NCBI RefSeq assembly: GCF_009914755.1
Contig: NC_060931.1
DNA: 64,000 bases
Direction: 5' to 3' (one strand)
Origin: the human T2T-CHM13v2.0 reference genome, Homo sapiens
The notes below the pieces were generated by a model. That model was given only the letters and a program-made list of their open reading frames with translations. It was not told where the DNA came from and did not search any database. This document shows, one piece after another, positions 15,368-31,699 of the stretch. Numbering within the stretch: the first letter of the stretch is position 1; every line of letters starts with the position of its first letter. Made by a program: the position numbers and the translations under genes.

Positions 15368-15498
15368 GCTGGACGGCAGTCTGGAAACGACCAATGAGAT
15401 CTTGGACTCTGCCTCTCACGACTGCCCCTTAGTCACTCAGACATACGGCGCAGCTGCAGGAAAAGGTACTTACGTGCCTTCATCCCCAACGAGACTTG
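15368..15498 (+). CDS. WIPI2: WIPI2 penultimate exon (R)[43 protein letters not shown](A); alternative ends at 15465 and 15525
   Basis: ctccag|G CTG GAC ...; three phase-1 donors: AAG|gtactt (15465), TTG|gtaagg (15498), AAG|gtaatt (15525). Confidence 0.93.
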
Positions 15499-15883
15499 GT
15501 AAGGGGCGTGACGCAAACCTGGAAGGTAATTAGCCCCACAGCCCCGAGTGCTCCTGCCTTCTGCTGGCTCCGGAGCCACCCCACCAGCTCCTCACTGGGA
15601 AAGATGGGGACTGGTTCTGAGAACATAAGCGAGGTTGGTAAATGGGTGTTCCCAAGGCCTCTCTCAAGGCTGAATTCAGTTTCGTTTCCTTTTTTTTTTT
15701 TTTTTTTAAAGGAGAGATGGGGTTTCCCTATGTTGCCCAGGGTGGTCTCAAACTCCTCCTGGGCTCAAGTGATTCTCCCGCCTCAGCCTCCCACAGTGCT
15801 GGGATTATAGGCATGAGCCACCGTACCAGGCTCATTTTCTCCGTTTTTAAAGAAAATGTCATCCTGGCTCAGGTGACTCTGGG

Positions 15884-15893
15884 GTCACGTGAC
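15884..15893. promoter_or_regulatory. Perfect CLEAR/E-box palindrome GTCACGTGAC (MiT-TFE/USF motif) in the last intron
   Basis: Exact 10-bp match; function not shown. Confidence 0.5.
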
Positions 15894-16594
15894 TTGGGCC
15901 CAGACTGGCCACCTCTCAGCCAAGATACCACCCTGAAAAGTACTGCCAAGGGTTTTGCCTCAGTCTTTTCCCTCCCACCTTTTTCGTCCTTCAGCAAATC
16001 TGCATCGAGTACTGCCTTCATGCTGGGCCTGTGAAGTGCAGAAGCTGTAGGGGAATGAGGCCAATGGGCTCCCCTCCGGCGGCAGCACTAAGACCCATGC
16101 ATGAGATCCTCCAGCCACAGCCTTGGCTATGTGAGCCACCTTCTTAAAAAAGCCAACTCGCACTCCAGTGGGAGAGCCTGTGGTTTTGCACCCACGCAGG
16201 GCTGTGCCTGCTCGCTGCCACTCCCATCTGTGAACCGGCACTTCCAGTTCATGAGCCCACCCTGAGAGTCTCCTAGTGTCATTTTTTTTCCTGGTGTTAT
16301 TTTTGAGCTCTTAACCAGCTTGAGAGAGTTTGTGGCCCGTCCATGAGGGAGCCTCTGTTTACTGTGCAGGCATCATTTTGACATTTATGAATGTCAGAGA
16401 ACAAATGACTTCATCTCGAGCTGCCTAAGGCTGCAAAGAGTTCATTAGAAAGCAATCAGAATTCAGAACGTCTTAGTACAGGCTTCAGTTTATAAATATA
16501 CACCAGTGTTTCCAAAACACAGTCCTCAGTGTGTGTCATGGGGTCTGTGGTGTGTCCCCAGCCTTTGAAGGGTGACTTCGTCGTCTCTTTGCAG

Positions 16595-16707
16595 CCTACA
16601 CAGACGACCTGGGTGCTGTGGGTGGCGCCTGCCTGGAGGACGAGGCCAGCGCCCTGCGCCTGGATGAGGACAGCGAGCACCCGCCCATGATTCTTCGGAC
16701 TGACTGA
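16595..16707 (+). CDS. WIPI2: WIPI2 last coding exon (A)[36 protein letters not shown]-stop
   Basis: tctttgcag|CC TAC ACA ... ACT GAC TGA (stop 16705-16707). Confidence 0.97.
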
Positions 16708-16771
16708 ACTTGACCTGTGACCTCTGACCCGGGGAGCAGAGAACACTGGCTTCACAGAGGACTTTGTGCAT

Positions 16772-16779
16772 TGCTGCTA
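16772..16779 (+). promoter_or_regulatory. miR-15/16/195/497 family 8mer site
   Basis: TGCTGCTA 65 nt after the stop codon. Confidence 0.6.
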
Positions 16780-17452
16780 TGAACTTTGACCTGAGTCGGG
16801 GGAGAGGATGGCAGAGACTTTATTAAAAAAAAAAAAAGATTGTAGTGGTAGTCTAACTCCATAACGCTGAGGAAATACATCATTTTCACTTCAGTGGCTT
16901 TTAAATCCTGCTTATGAATTTTAGCTTTTTGTTTGTTTGTTTTCTCTTTTTGCCAAAATTAACTGTTTGGTGAAGCCCGCAAAACCTCCTCGCTTTGCAT
17001 GCATGAACGTGCCAAGCCAGCATAGGGGAGCTAGAAGCCACTTTCCAGCCACCTGCCGTTGGGTTTTTTCATATCTGTACATAATGCCGAGTGCGTAAGG
17101 AAACCGTGGCGTCGCGCACAGTGGGTCTGCTTGTCAAGGCCAGTTCTGCAGTGACAGGCCCAGGGGCTGCCCACCAGGTGTGCTGGGCAGACTTCAGCTG
17201 GGACAGAAGTCCGATCTCCCTAGGGCCCCACCTGGACCATTTTCCCTCCGTTTTATTTTGTTAATTAAATTCTTTCCAAATTGGATCGCTCTGGGATTTC
17301 TTCCATGGTGGACTTTTGTTTCTGATCTTGTTTTCCCTGTGGATATTGGAGGACAGCGAGGTTCTTTCTGATACTAAAAACCTTTCTTTCAGGCAGCAAA
17401 TGAACTTGAAAGGTTGCCTGGACTCGCTGGAGCAAAGGAAAGCGATTTTGTT

Positions 17453-17525
17453 TGTATAATTAAATGATCTGTTCTTCTACTTCACTCTTCCTGTTGAAAA
17501 ACTGTGTGATTTTTTTTTTTTTTTA
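17453..17525 (+). terminator. Candidate proximal poly(A) site
   Basis: TGTA (17453) + ATTAAA (17459-17464), CA ~20 nt downstream, then a GT-rich stretch and long T run. Confidence 0.6.
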
Positions 17526-19349
17526 AGTAAAGTTTGTAGCTCCTCCCATGCCCAGGAAAGCACAGAACTCAAGTGTGGTGGCCGTCTGAGCTGTCCTTTC
17601 GCTGGCCCCGCTGTCCGCAGGGGCTTCCTACCTGTGTGAGAGGTCGTAGCGGGAGACAGCAACAGAGAGTAGGCGGCTGGGCCACGTCCTTCACAGGGCG
17701 TCATGTGCCTTTCTATTTTCATCTTAGAAAATTTCCTCAGCAAACCGATGAGAGATTGTGGTTGCAAGCTTCAGTATTTGCCTCGCTTCCCTTCCCTTTT
17801 CATATTTACAGAATTAAAACAACCTCAAGTACCTCAGACTCTGCATTCCAAACCAAGGCACCCAGCAGCCAAAGTGTCGAGGGCATTTAAGTGGCATTAA
17901 TGGCAGGAGAGATGGTTTTAGAATCTATGGAGTGGTGGAAGTTACGGATAGAAGGGAAAAGGCAAAAACTATTTACCCTGCCTTTGCAGGCTGGGGTTTT
18001 TGAACCGAGGAAGGCTGGGACGCCTGTTTCCAGATGGTTGTCATGGTCACGCTGGGCGAAGAGCTGGAGGGGAGTTGTCCCCTCAGCTGAGCGGCTGCGG
18101 TGAAATGCCCCAGTGTTCCTGGGTTGGCTTTACGGCAAACTAAATGCAGGGGACGCTGGAGTCCGACTCACCTACACCGGCTTCCTCCCAGCCGCTGGTG
18201 TGCGGCACACACAACATCTGCATTAGGCAGAGGTGCAAGTGGGCTGATTGAACTTTTCCTTCAAAACCTGCTTGTCTGTCCTGGACCTTTGATGAAATGG
18301 GATCCCGGTCACGCAGGCTGAGACAGTGGGGACCGCCGAGGCCAGAGTGGGCTATGCTTGAGCAGGGATGAGAAGGGCCGCGGCAGCACGCAGCCTTGAC
18401 CCACGCCTGCGTCTTGTGGTGCAAGGCCAGAGGGCTCTCTCTAGAACCTGACCGTGCACTCCATCTCCTGGGAGCCACTTTTGGCAAGAGTGAGTGTGGG
18501 GGGAAAAAGTGTGCACAAGAGATACGGAACCCTGAGCTAGGGTTTCCTGTCACCAAAGAGTGAGCTGCATTTCCAGTTCTGCGTTAAAGTATCGTTTGTT
18601 CTGGTGCCTGCCTGTGGTGGTGATTTGGAGACTCAAATTTCCTTTGCCAGGTCTCTTTTGTCTTTCTTTGGGATTGGTAGTATAGAAGATGCTGGGAATT
18701 GTCTTCCTCGCTCAGCCTCGGCTTCCCGCACTGTAAGATGAGGCAGTTGCAGAGGAGGCCTCGGACGTCCTGTGACCCTCGGCCCACACTCCCCCTTGGG
18801 TGGCCCTGGCAGGGCTGGCTAGGTGCGTTCCCTGCAGACCACGGGAAGCCCTGTGCTTGCCTGGGTCAGGGCTAAGCTGTGCGCCCTAGAGGAGGGAGGA
18901 GGACTGCAGATTCTTGGTCGAGAAGAATGAAGAGGATTTCTGTGTTTGCTGAGCAGCCATTGTGGAGGGTTACCCGCCTCCACTTTCCCGTTGCCCATTT
19001 CACTGCCACCAGCTCCTCTTCCTCTGCTCGAACCTATGAGTCCCAGCCTCACTGGCGGCCTCAGACATGCTCAGGAGTGACGGGGACAGAGGGAGGCCGC
19101 TGAGTTGCCCGTTAGAACTCTTACTGCTGCGCCAGTGACCCAGGTGGAGAGGGACCCTGAACCAAACAGAACGTGTGCTAATTTTCCGAACTCCAAACTG
19201 TACACTCATATTCATTTTTAAATTGTATTTTTCCAAACTTCAAAAAGGACGATGAGCGTGGGGGATAGGAAACAAAACCTGTAAACGTTGTGAATGGGCT
19301 CAGTGGACTCTGGGACCAAACCTTCTGTAATCTCTAAAACAATGGGACC

Positions 19350-19575
19350 AAGAGCTGGATGGAACCTGGAGTCAAAAAGAACTGCTTCAGTCCCCGCTGT
19401 ACCGCCTGCCTAGCTGTGGGAGCAGGCAGGGCGCCTGGGAGCCTGCGTTTTCTGGACCGTTCCATGGGACTCATCCCTACCTCACAGGGCTGTTGTGAGG
19501 TGTTGTGTGACTGCGTGTCCTGCAAACGCCCAGCTCGGTGCCCAGCCAGCGGTGGGCACCCAATAAACGCTACAA
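19350..19575 (+). mobile_element. MIR, near full length, at the end of the 3' UTR
   Basis: CTGGAGTCA...CTAGCTGTG...CCTACCTCACAGGGCTGTTGTGAGG...GTGCCCAGC...CAATAAAC follows the MIR consensus order. Confidence 0.75.
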
Positions 19576-19630
19576 CATAAATGTGTCTTCTGCAATTAAA
19601 CACGATTTTTATTCAGTTCTGGTTTTTGAA
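19562..19630 (+). terminator. Distal poly(A) site region
   Basis: AATAAA 19562-19567, ATTAAA 19595-19600, CA at 19614-19615, downstream GTTCTGGTTTTTG. Confidence 0.75.
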
Positions 19631-19680
19631 TAAGCCAGGCGGGAGGGAGGTGACAATACGGGTAAGAAGTGTAATTCAGA

Positions 19681-20002
<322 letters not shown>

Positions 20003-20357
20003 TTACACGTGGGTCTCTTTCATCCCCGCCTTTTCTCAACACCAAGCTTAACGGGCAGGTGGTGCGAGCTGGTCTGGGAGGTGGTGGGCGCCCTGGAACA
20101 GCAGGCCCTGCCCCTGTCAGGGGACCCAGGAGCTCCATGGCTGCCGTTCCCTGCCACAGAGAGAACTGGGTGATTCTTCCCACGCACGGTTTCATTTGGA
20201 GAGGGGAGAGAGGGAGTCTTCCTACCTCCACAACCAGCAGTGGGCTCCATGTGTAAAAGGCCGGGAGTGCTTTGGCCACAGCTTAGCCAAGGAAACGGGA
20301 CAAGGGGTGGCAGAAAACATGCTCATCCCCGTTGCTCGTCTGGTTTTTTTGGTTTAG

Positions 20358-20799
<442 letters not shown>

Positions 20800-21517
20800 T
20801 GAAATGTACATGAGGTGGCTCATGCCTGTAATCCCAACCCTTTGGGAGGCAGAAGCGGGCGGATCATCTAAGGTCAGGAGTTCGAGGCCAGCCTGGCCAA
20901 CATGGCAAAACCTGTCTCTACTAAAAATACAAAAAGTAACCAGGCGTGGTGGTGGGTGCCTGTAATCCCAGCTACTCTGGAGGCTGAGGCAGGACAGTTG
21001 CTTGAAACCGGGAGGTGGAGGTTGCAGTGAGCTGAGTCATGCCACTGCACTCTCACCTGGGCAACAGAGTGAGACTGTCTCAAAAAAGAAAAAGAAAAAG
21101 AAACGGACATGTGACACCATGGCCAGCAAGCAGGAAATCCAAATGCGTTATTTTACAAGCGTACTTAAGAGAGAGGCGGGACCGTTCGGCTTCAGCTCTG
21201 TGGTGTTGGAGATGTAAAAAGAACGTGCAGGGAAACCGTGGGACTTCTGTTTGGGTCGCCTCCCTGCTTTACATAGAATTCTCTTTTTTATGACTTATTT
21301 CTTACTGAAAATATATCATGATAATCATTGGCCAAGCAGATAGGGTTTTTCTGACGTATCTTTTAGTTCTGACCCAGGTCATAACCCTTCACCTATGTCA
21401 TACCTTTTCAATCTGTGGGTTTTTCTGAAGCACAAAAACAAAACAAAACCAATCTCAGGGTTTTGAGATGTGACCAGTTCTTACCCTTCCCTAATAACCA
21501 GCTAGGAAAGTCTCTAA

Positions 21518-21610
<93 letters not shown>

Positions 21611-21698
21611 TGAGACCAGCTTGACCAACATGGTGAAACCCCGTCTCTACTAAAAATACATGGGCATGGTGGCATGTGCCTGTAGTCCCAGCAACTCA

Positions 21699-21929
<231 letters not shown>

Positions 21930-21971
21930 TTAACACTTCATTTTAGGTGAAGCTGTTTTTGGTGCTGCCAG

Positions 21972-22021
21972 TGTGCGTGCATGTGTGTGTGTGTGTGTGT
22001 CTGTGAGTGTGTGTGTGTGTG
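21972..22021. repeat. Imperfect (TG)n microsatellite
   Basis: gtgtgcgtgcatgtgtgtgt... Confidence 0.9.
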
Positions 22022-22245
22022 CCTGCCTGAGCTTCAGGTGAACATACTGATTACATTCCCCCACCAAATCTGACTGAAAGCCCATTGCTATCAGCATTTT
22101 ATAACACGCTAAAGAATTGGACGTGGTGGCTCACACCTATAATCCCAGCTTCTTGGGAGGCCAAGGCAGGAGGATCGCTTGAGACCAGCAATTTGAGGCA
22201 AGGCCAGTCTGGACCACATAGCAAGACCCCCTCTCTTAAAATTAA

Positions 22246-22584
<339 letters not shown>

Positions 22585-23573
22585 TGAGCCACCGAGCCCA
22601 GCCTTAAACATCTAATTTGTACCAAATTGCCCTATAATTCTACCTAGAATATTATAGCAAAATGCCAGAAGCCTGACTAAAATCTTTTAAAGAAACCCAA
22701 CTCGGCCAGGCGTGGTGGCTCACACCTGTAATCCCAGCACTTTGGGAGGCCGAGGCGGGTGGATCACGAGGTCAGGAGATCGAGATAGTCCTGGCTAACA
22801 CGGTGAAACCCCGTCTCTACTAAAAATACAAAAAATTAGCCGGGCGTGGTTGCAGGCGCCTGTAGTTTCAGCTACTCGGGAGGCTGAGGCAGGAGAATGG
22901 CCTGAACCCGGGAGGTGGAGCTTGCAGTAAGCCGAGATCGCCCACTGCACTCCAGCCTGGCGACAGAGTGAGCCTCCGTCTCAAAAAAAAAAAAAAAGAA
23001 AAAGAAAAAAGAAAACAAAAAGAAACCCAGCTCTCCCAGGGTGGGGGGCATTACACAGGGGAGCCCCTCCGGGTGTCGCCGCAGCTGAATGATTGCGTTG
23101 GTGGAACAGCTGGCCCGCTTGTGCGTGGGCCAGGACACGGTGGACCTGTTCCGCCTGCGTTCTTGCCGGTCCATGTTTGGATTAGCATGTGAGTTTAAAC
23201 GTAGTGCTGATGCGGCGATTCTTCTAGAAGCACATCCTTCTCTGAGCTGAATTGCTTCATCACACACTTCCTTCTGGCTTGGGGAGTTCCTTTTCATCAA
23301 AGGCCAAGCCTTGTGTGTTTCGGTCCTGCCCATCTCCGTGCGGCCTGCGGGACGTTGGTTGGCGTGGAGTCTTCACAGCCGGCTGTCCAGGCTGGCAGCT
23401 CTCCCATCAGGGCTTCTCACAGCCACCGTCTGTCTGAGCAGACGCTGAGCATCGTGTCATCCCTCGGACACACACAAGACTCCACTATTCCCTGTGCTGA
23501 TTTCTGTTTCTGTTACAGCTTCTGCTTCTGATTTTATTTTTTTTTTCTTTGAGATGGGAGTCTCGCTCTGTAG

Positions 23574-24048
<475 letters not shown>

Positions 24049-25009
24049 TCACAAAAAACAAACAAACAAACAAACAAAAAAACCTCCTGACCTCAGGTGA
24101 TCCACCCGACTCGACCTCCCAAAGTGTTGAGATTACGGGCGTGAGCCACTGCGCCCGGCCCTGTTGCTGCTTTTAGAAGTGGCTTTTTCTTCCTGTGCGA
24201 CATTACTTTTTAGTGGGTCAGCGCAGAAATGTGCTTGGGCTCCCTGCGACGGCGAAGCACCTTTCCTCAAGGGAATCTGAAGACTTTTCCCTGCCTTTCC
24301 TCTCCCTCGGGGAGGTCCCCTCAGCGCCCTCCTCTTGACCTTCCCTGGTGCGTTTAGTGCTGAGCCTGTGCCTGAGCCTGGGGACCTGGGAGAGTTCGGA
24401 CCGAAGTCCACCGAGGGCCGCAGAACGGCAGGGTTGGGGAACTGGCTCCCTGGCGCGCACAGCTCTGTCTGCAGGGCGCGGATCTGCGCTCGGTGTGAGG
24501 AGGCACGGTGCATGTTAAGTCGAGAAACTTCTAAACTCCGCCACCAGCTTTGGAAATAACAGCTGGGATTTTCTGCTTAAACCAGCATCCCAGAGCACAC
24601 GGGTACTAACTAGCAGAAGCCCTAAGTAAAATGAAACGGGCTCTGAAGGAAGTCCTGGAGCCTCCTGCCCGCCTGCCCTCGCCATTCATTCAGTCCTGCA
24701 GTGACTCTGAGGAATGGCGTGGGCGGGAGGACAAGTCACCTTTAAAGCCAAGCACCCGGTGGGCGCAGAGGGTCCCGCCTGGAATCCCAGCACTTCGGGA
24801 GGCTGATGCGGGCGGATCACGAGGTCAGGAGTTCGAGACCAGCCTGGCCAAAATGGTGAAACCCCGTCTCTACTAAAAATACAAAAAATTGCCTGAGCGC
24901 GGTGGCTCACGCCTGGAATCGCAGCACTTTGGTAGGCCGAGGCAGGCAGATCACAAGGTCAGGAGTTCGAGACCAGCCTGGCCAACGTGGTGAAACCCCA
25001 TCTCTACTA

Positions 25010-25363
<354 letters not shown>

Positions 25364-25476
25364 TTAAAAAATTAGCCAGGTGTGGCCGGGCATGGTGGGT
25401 CACGCCTGTAATCCCAGCACTTTGGAGGCCGAGGCAGGAGAATCACAAGGTCAGGAGATCAAGACCATCCCAGCTA

Positions 25477-25743
<267 letters not shown>

Positions 25744-26663
25744 TCACTTGAGGCCAGGAGTTCGAGACCAGCCTGGGCAACAGTTTGAGACCCGCCGCAG
25801 CCTCTACCAAAAAAAAAAATAATAATATTCTAGTTTACAAGCATGCTACAGTTACAAACTCTTCCTTGGTAAGATTTTCCTCCCCAGAGCGCTGTTGTCA
25901 GACTCCTGGAGCTGCTGAGGCCCTGCAAGCTGGGTAGACAAGGGAGGCAGGCCGGGCCAGGTGAGCTCCCCTGCACCCCTCCCCGCCCCCGCCCTGCCTT
26001 TCCTGTGTTTCTCTGGACCCTAACGCTGCGAGACACAGACGGATAGACCATCAGGACCTCAGGAGCCGCCTGAGTCTCCTCCCAACCCCGAGCTCTGAGG
26101 AGGGTGGATGGTTTTCTTCACGGCCACTAGGTGGTGGAAGTCTCCCAACTGTGCAGACATCTGCGGGGCTGGTGGGTTGGCGAGCTGTGGGGGAGGGTGC
26201 CCTGGTCAGACTGTGTCCTTGGGGGCTGGGCGGTCGCACCCGGGAGCTTCGCCAATGTGCTAGTTTGAATGAACTCCCAATGCAAAAATGGCAAACAGAG
26301 GCCGTGGAGAAACCTGGCTTCCTCCGACAATGGGAATTTCACTCTGTTCTCGTTACCGCCTGTGGATGAATGTGGGTCTCGGAGGGCGCCTCTCCCTCCG
26401 GGGAGAGGGTGACCTTGCCACAGTGGGACTCCATTCCAGCGGCAGCTCCCTCCCCTGTCTGTAGCCCCACGGCCTCCTGGCCGCCTGCCTTCTTATTGGC
26501 CACCCCTCCCCTCTCAACGACCTGTTTCCTAATCATGCCATTCCCCCGCGGGAGAGCCGATTCATCACCATTTAAAATGGTGAATCGATAAAGCCGGTCA
26601 GGCCGGGCGAGGTGGCTCACGTCTGTAATCCCAGCACTTTGGGAGGCTGAGACAGGCGGATCA

Positions 26664-27840
<1,177 letters not shown>

Positions 27841-27967
27841 TAGAGGCAGGTTCTCGGTACATTGCCCAGGCTGGTCTTAAACTCCTGGGCTCAAGCAGTC
27901 CTCCTACCTCAGTTTCCCAAAGTGCTGGGAATACAGTCATGAGGCACCACACGCAGCCACCTACTCA

Positions 27968-28153
<186 letters not shown>

Positions 28154-28300
28154 TTAACCAGGCTTGGTGGTGCGTGCCTGTACTCCCAGCTACTCAGGAG
28201 GCTGAGGCACGAGAATCGCTTCAACCCAGGAAGCGGAGATTGCAGCGAGTTAAGATCGCACCCCTACACTCCAGCCTGGGTAACAGAGTGAGACTCTGTC

Positions 28301-28627
28301 AGAAAGAAAGAAAGAAAGAGAGAGAGAGGGAGGGAGGGAGGGAGGGAAAGAAAGAGAGAGAGAGAAAGATAGAAAGAAAGGAAGGAAGGAAAAGAAAGAG
28401 AGAGAGAAAGAAAGAAAGAATGAAAGAAAGGAAGGAAGGAAAGAAGGAAGGAAGGGAAAGAAAGAGAGAAAGAAAGGAAGGAAGGAAGGAAGGAAGGAAA
28501 AGAAAGAGAGAGAAAGAAAGGAAGGAAGGGAAAGAAAGAGAGAGAGAAAGAAAGAAAGGAAGGAAGGGAAAGAGAGAAAGAAAGAAAGGAAGGAAGGAAG
28601 GGAAAGAAAGAGAGAAAGCAAGCAAGC

Positions 28628-28691
<64 letters not shown>

Positions 28692-28693
28692 AA
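28301..28693 (+). repeat. Compound (GAAA)n/(GGAA)n/(GA)n purine tract, ~390 bp
   Basis: Nearly pure A/G on the + strand, ending in a long perfect (GAAA)n run. Confidence 0.97.
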
Positions 28694-30030
28694 ATTGGAG
28701 TGTTTCACAGCCCAGGGTCATTAATTTGGCCACCTGTCCCCTGGAAATCCGTAACTAAGTGACACCTTAGAATGAAAGAAACGCCTCATGGTGTGCACAG
28801 TGACCCATTGGCTTCAGGGCACTTTGCTCACAAAACACCCCTCCCCAAATAGAAGACTCTCCTGGGCAAGGTAACTCATCCCAGCTGGTGGCACAGGGCA
28901 GGACAGGGTTCAGTTGCTCCTGGCAGAGGCTGAGGGAACAGGGCCGGGGGAGGCCCCTGCTGTCCTTGTCTGAAGAGCCAGGATCTGCATAGCTCCCCAC
29001 CCTCAGCCACCCCACCCTGGCTTCCCTGGGCCCCTTCTGAGATGCAGAGATGCGTTCTGGGATTGGCCACCATCCACCCCCAAGCCCAGACCATGGCACC
29101 ATGCCCCAGGCTGCCTGCGGCCCTCTTCTTGACAGACTCGCAGTCAGGTCCCTGCAGCCTCCTTGGTGCTGACAAATGGCCCCCAGGAGGGTCCCTGGCC
29201 ACTGCCCCAGAACCCACCATGGGCCCCGCGTCCTGGCCGCTGGCCAGCTCTGTCATTTATGTCCTTCTTGACCTTCGTGGGAGCGCCCAGGCTGCTCCAT
29301 TCTGTCCTGAAACCTACACCAATGCAGAACGTCACTGTGGTTGGCAAAGTCACTCTGTTTGCTTCAGGTGGGCACCGCAGGCAGGGCTGAGGGCTGTGGC
29401 TGCCGTGTTGCCGGCAAAGGAGAAAAACCCGCAATTTGTTCAGACGAGCTCCTTTGCTTAAGGCTCTGGGGAGCATCTTTTCTGGTTATTTTCAGCTTTC
29501 TGCTCCTTTTGAGGAAGTTCAAGGGATCAGCTCCTGTCCCCACCCCCTGACTCCAGGGGTCAGACTGTGTCAGTGTTCTGGGGGTCCCTCTTAAGGAGGC
29601 ACCCCAAATCTGGAAGAACCTCTGGGCTCCTAGAAAGATGAAGACACGTAGAGCTGTGCCCATCACTGGGCAGTTTCCATCAGAGAGGGCTTTGGGGCTT
29701 CGGAGCACGGGTCCCTCCCCAGGCCCTGTCCTCCAGAAGGATTTGGATGGGGTCATCGGAGAGAGAGAGCTCGTCCTACATGGCAGCAAGTGGCTCTTTT
29801 CACAAACTGTCCCTGCCCCTAGCTGGGCATAGTGGCACGCACCTGTAGTCCCAGCTACTGGGGAGGCTGAGATGGGAGGATCACTTGAGCCCAGGGTCTC
29901 GATCAAGGCTGCAGTGAGCTATGATCGCACCACCACATTCCAACCTGGGGGATAGAGTGAGACCCTGTCTCAAAAACAACAACAACAACAAAACAACAAA
30001 AACCAGTCTCTAGCCAGGCACAGGGGCTTA

Positions 30031-30366
<336 letters not shown>

Positions 30367-30812
30367 CTAACCTGGGGTTAACACTGCTGTGTGTTTCCTT
30401 CTGGTGACTTTTCTAACAGAGAGAGCCTGTTAGGAGCTGATTTATTCACATTAGTATGTAGCCCCACAATGATTGTGTGTTCTCCCTGCGTTACTAATGG
30501 GAATCTTTTTTTTCCAATCCCAAAATTGGAATCCATTGTCTGACAACACATTTGTGTGTTGGACAAAAGAGGCTGCCTGGAAAGGGTGCATGCTGAGTGA
30601 TAGGAATGCAGGAGGTACTTGAGAGGCTTGAAACAGGCCGGGCGCAGTGGCTCACACCTGTAATCCCAGCACTTTGGGAGGCCGAGGCGGGCAGATCACG
30701 AGGTCAGGAGATTGAGACCATCCTGGCTAACACGGTGAAACCCCGTCTTTACTAAAAAATACAAAAAAATCAGCCGGGCGTGGTGGCAGGCGCCTGTAGT
30801 CCCAGCTACTCA

Positions 30813-30962
<150 letters not shown>

Positions 30963-30965
30963 TTA

Positions 30966-31699
<734 letters not shown>

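Larger units (their letters stand above)
16708..19615 (+). other. WIPI2: WIPI2 3' UTR (long form ~2.9 kb; end approximate)
   Basis: Alu-free stretch from the stop codon to the distal hexamers; Alus resume at 19681. Confidence 0.8.

Noticed and set aside
16822-16837. ATTAAA running into A13 as a poly(A) site
   Set aside because: A genomic A-run; apparent 3' ends here are probably oligo-dT internal priming.
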